DNA of 36,512 bases from NCBI GenBank assembly GCA_021731095.1, contig JAKFYA010000236.1, positions 1-36,512 of the forward strand. Direction: 5' to 3'. Shown here piece after piece: positions 7,281 to 15,944 of this stretch; the stretch's first letter is position 1, and the number at the start of each line of letters is the position of its first letter. The translations under genes were made by a program, and so were the position numbers. Below the pieces are notes generated by a model. That model saw nothing but the letters and a program-made list of their open reading frames with translations. It made no database searches and was not told the DNA's origin. The DNA is from Acidobacteriota bacterium. Its GTDB lineage: Bacteria > Acidobacteriota > Vicinamibacteria > Vicinamibacterales > UBA2999.

Positions 7281-9217
7281 GACCTGCTCTCCTGCCTGCT
7301 AGGTGAACCGCGCCCGACTGTCGACATCGGACCAAAGAACTGCTGCAACCAGACTTCCAGCGCCAGCACATCCGTGAGTCCCCGGCTCGCGTCGAACGTG
7401 TCGTTCGCCAGTGCCGCATGGGCCTCACGCAGGGCCCGGTCCGCTCCGGCCCGGACATAGCCTCGCTGCACCGCTTCGCCCGTCGCCGCCAGCCGCGAGA
7501 CGATCCGATTATAGTCGCGGGACACACCGTCATTCACCAGCGACGTGAAGCTGACTTTGGTGCGCCTGGACGCAATCGCCTCTGGCAGCACACCACGCAG
7601 ACTTTCCCGGAGCAGCGCCTTGGGCACCCCGCCAGCGCACAGCACGTCACCGGGAATAGCCATCAGGAAGGCGACCAGGTCCCGGTCCAGGAACGGGAAC
7701 GCGTGCTCGAGTCCTTCGATAGCCCCGGCCTTGTTGTGCCACTCCAGGCAGAACACGGCGTACCGGGACCTGGCCTCCCGGTAGAGACTGGCGCCGTGGG
7801 CCGTGAATCCGGCCGGCACCCGGACAGGCGGGCGCTCGGCGCTCCGGCGAAACGCGTCGGTGTACCAGCCTCGGACATCGCGCCGTGCCGCCAGACGCTG
7901 ACGCGCGCGGCGAAGGCGGCGCAACACCGCCATCGGCAGGTGTCGCACGACCAGCCCTCTCAGGAGTCGCGTGGTGAAGTAGGAGGCATCCGTGACGCTC
8001 AGCCACTCACCAAAGCCCCGCGCCTGCCGCCAGGCCTCGCGCCAGGCGCCCTGTTCGACCAGGTCCAGCAGATAACCATCATCTGCCAGGAACTGGTCGC
8101 CCCAGTCGCCCGACAGCAACACCCGGACGCCCTTGGACCTCACAAACCGGTTGAACGCCTGGTCGCTGGTCCACTCCATATCGAGGGATGGCACCTCGAC
8201 GTGCCAGACCCCCCGGTCCACCTCATCGACCATGCCCAACTGCGGATGCGGGAAGCGATGGGACTGGAGGCCGGTAGCGACCTCGACCGCTCTGAGAAAC
8301 GCTTCCTCGTCAGCCTTCGACCCTGGTGGCGGCGTATAGGTGACGCCAACCGGGGACTGGGCATGGCCGCGCCCCTGGTGGCGCAGGTGCTCCGCCACGC
8401 AGAAGATCGAGGACGAGTCCACGCCACCACTGAGCGACACGCCGACCGGCGCTGCGCTGCGCAGGCGACGCGACACGGCCTGCTCAAAATGTTCGCGAAA
8501 GGCCTCGGCGTACGCGCCGGGCGACGCAAGCCTGATGCGTGCGCCGGGATCGAAGTCCCAATACCGGCGTGTCCGTGCCTCGCGGCCGCGCACCACGACC
8601 TGATGGCCTGGCAACACGCTGAAGACCTGGTCGAACACTGTCAGGCCCTGCGTGTCCTCGGACATCAGGGCATTGAAGTAGAAGTCTGCGATGCATGCGT
8701 CGCACGGTGCGACGTGCGCCTCCGGGTGTGCCAGCAGGGCTTTCACTTCGGTGCCGAACAGTAGGTGCGTCGGCCCCTGCTGGTAGTAGAGGGGTCGTAC
8801 TCCCATGGCATCGCGAGCAAGGCAGAGCATGCGTGTCGCGGTCTGGTAGGCCGCAAGGGCGAAGTCGCCCAGGAGGTAGTCGGGAGCCGCCTCGCCCCAT
8901 CGCGCGTAGGCCGACAGCGCCAGGTTCTCGTCTGGCGTGTCCGCGCGAAGATGGTGGTCGCCCAGCCTCGCGAGCAGGTCGTCACGGTTGTCGAGTCGGC
9001 CATCAAAGGCGATGACCCAGCGATCGTCCCGGCAGACCTGGGCCAACGCTGGCGCCTCAGCGTCCCCGGGAGCCCAGTCGCGTACGGCACACCCGAACGA
9101 CGCATCCCGGAAATGCCGTTCGACGCCACGGTGAGCCATGGCCGCAGACATCGCCCGCAGTTCCGGTGCCCCGGCCAGACGTTCGTCGAAATTGAGGACG
9201 CCGCAGATGCCGCTCAC
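7277..9217 (-). CDS. Lasso cyclase (C protein), asparagine synthetase-like macrolactam synthetase (646 aa)
   Basis: Starts GTG-SGICG, with Ser in place of the catalytic Cys of AsnB MCGI. Also DGRLDNR, GDFA, ARDAMGVRPLYY, ATP-binding SLSGGVDSS, SGDWGDQ, FPFLDRDLV, KALLR. The ORF-track start at 9373 would overlap the B1 gene. Confidence 0.9.
   Translation of the reverse strand: MSGICGVLNFDERLAGAPELRAMSAAMAHRGVERHFRDASFGCAVRDWAPGDAEAPALAQVCRDDRWVIAFDGRLDNRDDLLARLGDHHLRADTPDENLALSAYARWGEAAPDYLLGDFALAAYQTATRMLCLARDAMGVRPLYYQQGPTHLLFGTEVKALLAHPEAHVAPCDACIADFYFNALMSEDTQGLTVFDQVFSVLPGHQVVVRGREARTRRYWDFDPGARIRLASPGAYAEAFREHFEQAVSRRLRSAAPVGVSLSGGVDSSSIFCVAEHLRHQGRGHAQSPVGVTYTPPPGSKADEEAFLRAVEVATGLQSHRFPHPQLGMVDEVDRGVWHVEVPSLDMEWTSDQAFNRFVRSKGVRVLLSGDWGDQFLADDGYLLDLVEQGAWREAWRQARGFGEWLSVTDASYFTTRLLRGLVVRHLPMAVLRRLRRARQRLAARRDVRGWYTDAFRRSAERPPVRVPAGFTAHGASLYREARSRYAVFCLEWHNKAGAIEGLEHAFPFLDRDLVAFLMAIPGDVLCAGGVPKALLRESLRGVLPEAIASRRTKVSFTSLVNDGVSRDYNRIVSRLAATGEAVQRGYVRAGADRALREAHAALANDTFDASRGLTDVLALEVWLQQFFGPMSTVGRGSPSRQESRS
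7289..7293 (-). promoter_or_regulatory. Shine-Dalgarno site (AGGAG) for the precursor gene
   Basis: Minus strand reads gcAGGAGagcaggtcATG, with an 8-nt spacer. Confidence 0.7.
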
Positions 9218-9233
9218 AGGTAGACTGATCCTA
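9218..9233. promoter_or_regulatory. Possible bidirectional, leaderless-type promoter between cyclase and B1
   Basis: Only 15 nt separate the divergent start codons. TAGACT (9221-9226, +) lies 6 nt before ATG 9233; TAGGAT (9233-9228, -) lies 10 nt before GTG 9217. Both fit TAnnnT. Confidence 0.35.
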
Positions 9234-9532
9234 TGACGAAAGTAACCCTGTCCGATGCGGTCAGGCCGGGGGCCAACGTCCTGTTCCGCGAGCTTGAAGG
9301 CGAAGGCATTCTCTTGAGCCTCGAGAGCGGAAAGTACTTCGGCCTCGACGCGGTCGGCACGCGGATCTGGCAACTGCTCGGCGCCGGTCCGTCACTCACC
9401 GGCGTCTGCGAGACGCTCGCCGCGGAATTCGATGTGGAGCGCGCCACCATCGAGGCCGACCTGCTGGCCCTGGTCGCGGAACTCTCGTCCCACGGACTCG
9501 TGCTGGTGGCGGAGCACGCCCCGTCGGCATGA
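9233..9532 (+). CDS. PqqD-family RiPP recognition element (lasso B1 protein)
   Basis: 99 aa; RELEGEGILLSLESGKYFGLDAVGTRIWQLL...LAAEFDVE...ADLLALVAELSSHGLV is a typical PqqD/RRE pattern. Confidence 0.93.
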   Translation: MTKVTLSDAVRPGANVLFRELEGEGILLSLESGKYFGLDAVGTRIWQLLGAGPSLTGVCETLAAEFDVERATIEADLLALVAELSSHGLVLVAEHAPSA

Positions 9533-9993
9533 TGGCCACCGGCGAGGCGTGGCTCGAACGCGTCGCCTGGGTTCGACAGGAGTGGCCGCTGATCGGCGAG
9601 GCGATGCTGGCCGCACTGGTGGTGGAGACGGGCCTCCGCGCCACCTCGCATCCCCGCCTGTGGCACTGGGCCGGGGTTGTCCCTCGCGACATGGCCTCCC
9701 GGCCAGACCCGGCGCTGCTCTGGGCCATCCTCCGCGCCAGCTACTGGGCATGCCTGCTGCTGCCGGTGCGTGGAACCTGCCTCCGTGAAAGCCTGGTGGC
9801 CGCGCGCCTGCTGTCGCGCCGCGGTCACCCCGTCACCGTGCAGGTGGGCGTCCGCAAGGCCGGTCCCCGTCTGGACTCCCATGCCTGGCTCGAAGATGGC
9901 GATGGACGCGCGCTCACCGATCCCCTTGCGGGGTACGCCCCTCTGATCGCCGACACGCATGACCGAACAGCTCTGCCGGATCCTGCGCGGTAA
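9529..9993 (+). CDS. Lasso leader peptidase (B2, transglutaminase-like cysteine protease)
   Basis: TCLRESL (catalytic Cys), VQVGV, SHAWLE (His). ATGA overlap with the B1 stop. Confidence 0.92.
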   Translation: MMATGEAWLERVAWVRQEWPLIGEAMLAALVVETGLRATSHPRLWHWAGVVPRDMASRPDPALLWAILRASYWACLLLPVRGTCLRESLVAARLLSRRGHPVTVQVGVRKAGPRLDSHAWLEDGDGRALTDPLAGYAPLIADTHDRTALPDPAR

Positions 9994-11110
9994 CCCGGTC
10001 GACTGGCCACCAGACGCCGCCGGTGCCGAGACCTTGCAGCGGGAGGCCTATGAGCATGGCGTCCATACCCTGGTCGCGGCACGGCTGTCGAATCCGTCGT
10101 ATGCCGACTGCCCGATCTGGGTCCGGCAACCGTTCGCGCGTGAACGCGTGGACGAGGCCGCTGAAGAGCAACTGGTACGCCAGTCGATCCGGTCAGTCAT
10201 CGCCGCGTGCGCCAGTGCGGGCCTGCACCCGCTCATCTTCAAGGGTGCCGCCCTCGCCTTCACCCACTATGACGACCCGAGCGACCGTCCCTATGTGGAT
10301 GTCGACCTTCTCGTCCGACCGGGCGAGGCGCGCCTGGCGGCACAGGTGCTCGAATCGCTGGGCTACCAGGCCGCCGTCAGCGTGACCGGCGCGCTGCTGG
10401 CGGATGCCCCGGATGCGACCACCATCGATCGGTATGCGCCCAGCTCGCAGGTCCCGTTCACGAAGCGTGATGCCCGGGGAACGCCGCTCGAGATCGACCT
10501 GCACTGGCGCCCCACAATTCCCCAGGTGTTTGCCCAGGTGTTCGACCTGGATGCGTTGCACGCCGACTCGGTCGCCGTGCCGGCCCTGGGTCCGCAGGCG
10601 CGCGCGTTTGGACCCGTTCATGCGCTGGTGCTGGCCTGCCTGCATCGCCTCGCCCACCACCACGGCAGCGACCGGCTGATCTGGCTGTACGACCTGCACC
10701 TGCTGGGGTCACGTCTCACGACGGGTCAGGTCACAGCGCTACTCGAACTGGCGCGTGCGCATCAGGTGGCCGGGGTCTGCCTGGATGGACTGACCCTGGC
10801 CAGGCAGGCCTTCCAGAGCCCGTTCCCGGACGCACTCATCGAAGGGCTCCGCGAGGCGGCCGCTGCCAGTGACGAGCCGTCCGCCATGTATCTGCATCAT
10901 CAGGTTCGCCAGATGGACGTGCTGCGCGCAGACCTCGCGGCCCAGCCCAACCTCTCCGCGCGCATCCGCCTGTTGCGCGAACACCTCTTTCCACCGCCTG
11001 CCTATCTGCGCCAGCGTTACGGCGCACGCGCGTCCCTCTGGCTGCCCTGGCTGTATGTCCGGCGTGCGGTGTCCGGTGCACGCCGGTGGATGACCTCGCC
11101 ACGCCCCTGA
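9959..11110 (+). CDS. Nucleotidyltransferase family protein (NTP_transf_5-like)
   Basis: FKGAALA..Y.....R...DVDLLV, EIDLHW, RLIWLYDL. Confidence 0.88.
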   Translation: MTEQLCRILRGNPVDWPPDAAGAETLQREAYEHGVHTLVAARLSNPSYADCPIWVRQPFARERVDEAAEEQLVRQSIRSVIAACASAGLHPLIFKGAALAFTHYDDPSDRPYVDVDLLVRPGEARLAAQVLESLGYQAAVSVTGALLADAPDATTIDRYAPSSQVPFTKRDARGTPLEIDLHWRPTIPQVFAQVFDLDALHADSVAVPALGPQARAFGPVHALVLACLHRLAHHHGSDRLIWLYDLHLLGSRLTTGQVTALLELARAHQVAGVCLDGLTLARQAFQSPFPDALIEGLREAAAASDEPSAMYLHHQVRQMDVLRADLAAQPNLSARIRLLREHLFPPPAYLRQRYGARASLWLPWLYVRRAVSGARRWMTSPRP

Positions 11111-11117
11111 CAACACA

Positions 11118-11166
11118 AAGGGGATGCCGATGGCATCCCCTTCATGACGGCGGCTCTTCAGCCGCC
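11118..11166. terminator. Two tandem hairpins between convergent genes, probable (bidirectional) terminator
   Basis: AAGGGGATGCC-gat-GGCATCCCCTT (11118-11142, perfect 11-bp stem, followed on the - strand by a T-rich tract) and GGCGGCT-cttc-AGCCGCC (11149-11166). Confidence 0.7.
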
Positions 11167-11184
11167 ACATCCCCCGGACCCGCG

Positions 11185-12345
11185 TCAGCTCAGCATGCGC
11201 CTGAAGAGCAGGGTTCGCGCCGGCTGGTGGCGGAACAACGCCAGAATCAGATCCCGATGGCGATTGAAGCGCGCCGTCTGTCGCACGATCGGCATGATGC
11301 CGTTGGTATTCGCCAGCCTGAAGAGGGCATCCATTTCGCCGTCACTGAGCTTCTGCGCCAGCATGCGCAGCGCCAGCTGCGTCCGGAACTCGGGAATCAG
11401 TTCCTTCCGCCAGCCCGCTTCATACACAGACAGGGCGGACGCATCCAGCCGGTCCCGGTGCAGCGCGTCGCGCAACACCTCGGCGGCCATCGCACCCGTC
11501 GTCATGCTGTAGTAGATGCCGCCCCCTGTGGTTGGCTTGACCAGCCCTGCGGCGTCCCCGATGGCGACCACACGATCGGCATAGGTCCGGCGGATCGCCC
11601 CGAGCGGCAACAGTCTGCGGCGCGGCGATGCCGCGATCGTGCCTGCCACGCCCCAGGACGGGCCGATTCTCTCCATCAACCGGCGAAACGGGCCGGCGGC
11701 GTCGCCGTCGCACATCAGGCCGATGCGTACGTGCGGTCCGTCGGGTCGCACCGTCGGCACAGCCCAGGCAAACCCCTGCGGGGCGACATCCAGACCGAAG
11801 TAGACCTCGACCTCGCCACTGCGACCCGCGGGCACTTCCATCTGGGCCGATGAGAGATACACCGACGGCAGACCCATGCCGAGCTGGCGCTGGAAGCTGT
11901 AATTGACCCCGCAGGCGAGCACGACCGCACGTCCCACGACCGGAGCCTGCCCCTCGATCCCGACCTCCACGGAGTGCTCGCCGTTCACCAGGCCCGTGGC
12001 GCGGGCTCCCCGGATGAGGGCGGCACCTGCGGCAACAGCTCTGGTGGCCAGCATCCCGTCGAACCGGACGCGGTCCACCACCACGGCTTCCAGGCGGTCG
12101 GGAGTCCACGAGAGCTCAAGCCCTCCGGGCGAATGAAATCGGACCGCCGGCAAGGGATTGAGCACGGCATCGCGCGGAAGCCCGAGCTCCTCGAACACCT
12201 CATCTCCCAGGATGCCGGTGCAATGCGGAGGCTGGCCTATCTCGGCGTGTTCCTCGAGGACAGCCACATCAAAGCCGTCACGCGCCAGCTTCGCGGCTGC
12301 GTGCAGGCCTCCCGGGCCGCCACCGATGATCACGACATCATGCAT
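11185..12345 (-). CDS. Geranylgeranyl reductase-family FAD-dependent oxidoreductase
   Basis: DVVIIGGGPGG, HCTG, VDRVRFD, GFAWAVP, IGDAAGLVKPTTGGGIYY. Confidence 0.88.
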   Translation of the reverse strand: MHDVVIIGGGPGGLHAAAKLARDGFDVAVLEEHAEIGQPPHCTGILGDEVFEELGLPRDAVLNPLPAVRFHSPGGLELSWTPDRLEAVVVDRVRFDGMLATRAVAAGAALIRGARATGLVNGEHSVEVGIEGQAPVVGRAVVLACGVNYSFQRQLGMGLPSVYLSSAQMEVPAGRSGEVEVYFGLDVAPQGFAWAVPTVRPDGPHVRIGLMCDGDAAGPFRRLMERIGPSWGVAGTIAASPRRRLLPLGAIRRTYADRVVAIGDAAGLVKPTTGGGIYYSMTTGAMAAEVLRDALHRDRLDASALSVYEAGWRKELIPEFRTQLALRMLAQKLSDGEMDALFRLANTNGIMPIVRQTARFNRHRDLILALFRHQPARTLLFRRMLS

Positions 12346-12377
12346 ACGGTGCGGCCATTATATGTGTCCCGTGCCAG

Positions 12378-12977
12378 TCACACCTTCGGCCCCGGGTGTT
12401 CCCATCGGCCACGGGCACTGATCCAGAACGACAGCGCAATGAGACGGACATCCAGCCAGAAGCCGGCACGCCGGCAGTAGAGCGCGTCGAAACGGAACTT
12501 CTGCGGTCGCGGCAGGTCACGCCGCGCATAGACCTGGGCCAACCCGGTCAGCCCCGGACGCACGGCGTGTCGCGCCACGTAGCCGGGAATCTCCTCCAGA
12601 CGCACGAAGCGTCCATCGCCACGTGCCTCGATTTCGCCCACCGCCAGGGGGCGAGGGCCGACGAAGCTCATGTCGCCAATGAAGATGTTCCAGAGCTGAG
12701 GCAGCTCATCAAGCGCCATGGCGCGCAACAGGCGACCCACACGGGTGATGCGCTGGTCATTGGCCACCACCTGCCTGGCAGGTTCGACTGACGCCGCCAC
12801 GAACATCGACCGGAACTTGTAGGCGGTGAATGGCCGTCCGCCACGACCGACTCGCGGCTGGGTGAAGAACACCGGGCCCCCATCCTCCAGCCGGATCGCC
12901 AGGGCGACCAGCAGCCACACCGGTGCGGACAGAACGAGCCCGAGGCCAGACAGACACAGGTCGAACAGGCGTTTCAT
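12378..12977 (-). CDS. Priming sugar transferase (polyprenyl-phosphate phosphoglycosyl transferase, Bac_transf)
   Basis: KRLFDL, GPVFFTQPRVG, KFRSM, LDELPQLWNI..GDMSFVGPRP, RPGLTGLAQV. Confidence 0.93.
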   Translation of the reverse strand: MKRLFDLCLSGLGLVLSAPVWLLVALAIRLEDGGPVFFTQPRVGRGGRPFTAYKFRSMFVAASVEPARQVVANDQRITRVGRLLRAMALDELPQLWNIFIGDMSFVGPRPLAVGEIEARGDGRFVRLEEIPGYVARHAVRPGLTGLAQVYARRDLPRPQKFRFDALYCRRAGFWLDVRLIALSFWISARGRWEHPGPKV

Positions 12978-12987
12978 GGGTTGCCCG

Positions 12988-14202
12988 CTACCGCACGCGT
13001 CCCGCGATCAGTCTGCGAAACAATGACGCGTAGGCTTCAACCTGCCGAGGACGGTCGAACCGCAGCCCCGCCTCTCGTGCTCGCGCCCCCATGGCGCGCA
13101 CCAGGTCTGGCGCGGCACGCAGGTCCCTGATGCGCGTGGCCAGGGCCACGCCGTCGCCCGGTGGCACCACCACGCCGCAGCCGTGTTCGCGGGCCAGCGT
13201 CACCAGTTCGCAGTCGTCCTCGACCGCGGCCACAAACGGCCGACCTGCGGCCAGGATGCTGTAGACCTTGCTCGGCACGATGTAGCCCGCCAGGCCAGGC
13301 CGCAGCGACACCAGGAAGAGATCGGCGGCGGCATACGACAGCGCCATGTCCGCACGCGGTTGATAGGGCAGGAACATCACGTGCGAGAGCCCTCGTGCAG
13401 CGGCCTGCGCCTCAAGCGACGCGCGACGCGCACCATCGCCGACAAACACGAAGCGGATGTCGGGGTCGTCCCGCAACTCGGCCGCCGCATCCAGCACGAC
13501 GTCCAGGTTCTGCGACAGGCCGATATTGCCGGCGTGCATGACCACGAACGCCTGCTGCAGGCCATGGGCGCGTCTGAAGGCGTTGTCCGGCGGACCGGGT
13601 GACAGCGCCGCGCAGTCGGCCCAGTTGTCGATGACGACGATCCGGGACGGCTCGGCGCCTTTGCCCTCCACGAGACGCCGCTTCATCGTGTCGCCAAGCG
13701 CCACGACCGCATCCGCCGTGCGGACCAGGAAGCGTCCGACCTGCTGAAGCACGGCATTGACCGTGGGGCTGCGGAAGTCCTCGAGCAGGACGGCCACTTC
13801 AGGAAAGACGTCCTGGCAGAGAAACACGAACGGCGCCCGCATGCGTCGCGCCGCACACCACCCGGCCAGACCGATGATTGGCGGGTCTGTCATGGCCATC
13901 ACGACATCGGCCCGAGGAACCCGGAGAGCCGCCCACAGCGCAGACACGAAGTACGACAGGTAGTTCATGGCCCGACCGGCAAAGCGGCGCGGGTCATGCA
14001 CGGTGCCGGCGGCACGCACGATTCGCACGCCGTTCCGCACCTCCTCAGCCGGCAGCGGGCCAGCGTGGCGGAGCGGGTACCCAGTGACTACCGTGACCTG
14101 GCAACCGTGGTGTGCCACCAGATCCTCGGCCAGTTCGGTGAGCAGCTGCCCTGTCGCGCCGAAATCCGGCCAGTACGACCGGTTGAAGATGCAGACCTTC
14201 AC
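12988..14202 (-). CDS. GT4 glycosyltransferase (WbuB/WcaI-like)
   Basis: YWPD...TGQLLTELAEDL, QDVFPE, AGNIGLSQNL, VPSKVYSILAAGRP. Confidence 0.9.
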   Translation of the reverse strand: MKVCIFNRSYWPDFGATGQLLTELAEDLVAHHGCQVTVVTGYPLRHAGPLPAEEVRNGVRIVRAAGTVHDPRRFAGRAMNYLSYFVSALWAALRVPRADVVMAMTDPPIIGLAGWCAARRMRAPFVFLCQDVFPEVAVLLEDFRSPTVNAVLQQVGRFLVRTADAVVALGDTMKRRLVEGKGAEPSRIVVIDNWADCAALSPGPPDNAFRRAHGLQQAFVVMHAGNIGLSQNLDVVLDAAAELRDDPDIRFVFVGDGARRASLEAQAAARGLSHVMFLPYQPRADMALSYAAADLFLVSLRPGLAGYIVPSKVYSILAAGRPFVAAVEDDCELVTLAREHGCGVVVPPGDGVALATRIRDLRAAPDLVRAMGARAREAGLRFDRPRQVEAYASLFRRLIAGRVR

Positions 14203-15944
14203 CGCTTCTCGAGCACGTGACTGCCCATCACCAGCACATCCATGTCCGTTCGGAGGAAGCAGTCGAGCGCCTGCGCCGGCAGATGCACGATCGGCTCGTT
14301 CTCGTTGAACGACGTGTTCAGCAGAATCGGAACCCCCGTCCGCTCGCGAAAGGCATTGATGAGCGCCCAGTACCGGGCATTGGTCGCACGACTGACCGTC
14401 TGGAGTCGTCCTGACCCATCCACATGTGTGACGGCCGGTATCTCCGCCCGACGCTCAGGCCGCACGGGATACACCTGAATCATGAACGGGTCAGGCACGG
14501 CGCCCACGAAGTAATCGTCAAGGGCGTCTTCGGCGATGGAGGGCGCAAAGGGCCTGAACTTCTCACGAAACTTGATACGCGTGTTGATGATGTCACGCAT
14601 GTCTGCGCGCCTCGGGTCGGCCAGGATGCTCCGGTTGCCAAGTGCGCGCGCTCCCCACTCCATCCGTCCCTGAAACCAGCCGACCACATTCCCGGCGGCA
14701 ATCCGATCCGCCGTCCAGGCACACAGGGTCTCCTCGTCCGGAATCACGGAGTGAGTGGCCCGTGCCAGCACATCCGCGTGACGCGCGTCGATGGCGTCGG
14801 CAATCTCGGCATCGGTGAAGGCGGGTCCCCAGTAGCCGTGCTCCATGACACACGCCCGGGCGCCACCGCCGGCATGCCAGGTGTGCAGCGCGGCTCCCAG
14901 CGCAGTGCCGTTGTCGCCGGAGGCGGGCTGCACGAAGATCTCCCGAAACGGTGTCTGCTCGCGAATCTTGCCGTTCGCCACCGAGTTCATGGCGCACCCG
15001 CCCGCGAGGCACAGACGGTCGAGCTTCGTGCGGGCGTGCAGCGCGCGCAGCACAGCAAACGCCGCTTCCTCGTAGACGGCCTGCAGCGACGCCGCCAGAT
15101 CTTCATGTCTCGACTCGAGCGGATCGCCCGGTCGCCTGGCTGGACCCAGGAGCCGCTCCATCTTCGGCGTGAAGACCGTGCCAATTGTCGGTGAGCCCTC
15201 ATCCCAGGTCATCGACACGCCGCCTGACCAGTGACTGAAGTAGGCCAGGTCAAGCGACACGTCCCCATCTCCCGACACCCGCACCAGTTGCCGCAATTCC
15301 CGGACAAAGCGCGGCGTCCCGTAGGGAGCCAGGCCCATGACCTTGAACTCGTCGCCGTAGCCGGGAAAGCCCAGGAACTGCGTGACCGCCAGATAGAGCA
15401 GCCCAAGCGAGTGCGGGAAGTAGACACGGCGATCGACCGTCAGCGACGTGCCGCGGCCGACACCCGTCGAGGTGCTGACAAAATCGCCGAATCCGTCGAT
15501 GGCACAGACCGCCGCCTCGTCGAACGGGCTCGCGAAGAAACTGCTCGCCAGATGCGCCGGGTGGTGCTCGACCGGACGAAACCGCGCCCGCACATGGGCG
15601 GGGTCAAGACCCAGCGACTGGGCGAGTCGGTCCGGCACCTGCGAGACGCTGGCCGCATTCCGTCCACGGTCCACGAGCATCCGGGGGTGTGGCAGTCGCC
15701 GGAGCGCAAAGAGCGCCTTTCGCCAGAGGTGCGCACGCGGGTCTCTGCTGATGGCGAAGAGGTCCACGTCGGCGGCCGTCGCACCAGCCATCTGCAGGCA
15801 CACCTGCATGGACTGGTCGGGAAAGCCCGCCCAGTGCTTGACCCGGCGAAAGCGCTCTTCCTCGACCGCTGCGACCAGTCGCCCGTTGTCGAGCAGCGCC
15901 GCCGCGACGTCGCCGTGATAGGCGTTGAGGCCCATGATCAGCAC
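14199..15944 (-). CDS. O-carbamoyltransferase (NodU/CmcH family)
   Basis: EEERFRRVKH, EHHPAH, DGFGD, EFKVMGLAPYG, AGGCAMN, GARALGNRSIL, FRPFAP, THVDGSGRLQTV, LLNTSFN. Confidence 0.95.
   Translation of the reverse strand: MLIMGLNAYHGDVAAALLDNGRLVAAVEEERFRRVKHWAGFPDQSMQVCLQMAGATAADVDLFAISRDPRAHLWRKALFALRRLPHPRMLVDRGRNAASVSQVPDRLAQSLGLDPAHVRARFRPVEHHPAHLASSFFASPFDEAAVCAIDGFGDFVSTSTGVGRGTSLTVDRRVYFPHSLGLLYLAVTQFLGFPGYGDEFKVMGLAPYGTPRFVRELRQLVRVSGDGDVSLDLAYFSHWSGGVSMTWDEGSPTIGTVFTPKMERLLGPARRPGDPLESRHEDLAASLQAVYEEAAFAVLRALHARTKLDRLCLAGGCAMNSVANGKIREQTPFREIFVQPASGDNGTALGAALHTWHAGGGARACVMEHGYWGPAFTDAEIADAIDARHADVLARATHSVIPDEETLCAWTADRIAAGNVVGWFQGRMEWGARALGNRSILADPRRADMRDIINTRIKFREKFRPFAPSIAEDALDDYFVGAVPDPFMIQVYPVRPERRAEIPAVTHVDGSGRLQTVSRATNARYWALINAFRERTGVPILLNTSFNENEPIVHLPAQALDCFLRTDMDVLVMGSHVLEKR

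Larger units (their letters stand above)
2356..11110. other. Lasso-peptide-type RiPP biosynthetic gene cluster (10 genes in two divergent units)
   Basis: Co-located cyclase, PqqD/RRE, transglutaminase-like peptidase, precursor with a YxxPxL leader, and six tailoring-type enzymes. Genes overlap or abut. Confidence 0.92.

Noticed and set aside
7088-7282. Plus-strand 64-aa and 99-aa ORFs over the precursor gap
   Set aside because: Wrong strand for the operon and no leader motif; the minus-strand 54-aa ORF has an SD, coupling at both ends and the lasso motif.
7277-9373. Calling the 698-aa ORF a housekeeping or EPS-amidating asparagine synthetase (AsnB)
   Set aside because: The N-terminal catalytic Cys is replaced by Ser (SGICG), and the gene is coupled to a YxxPxL precursor next to B1/B2. 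The extra 52 N-terminal residues overlap the B1 gene.
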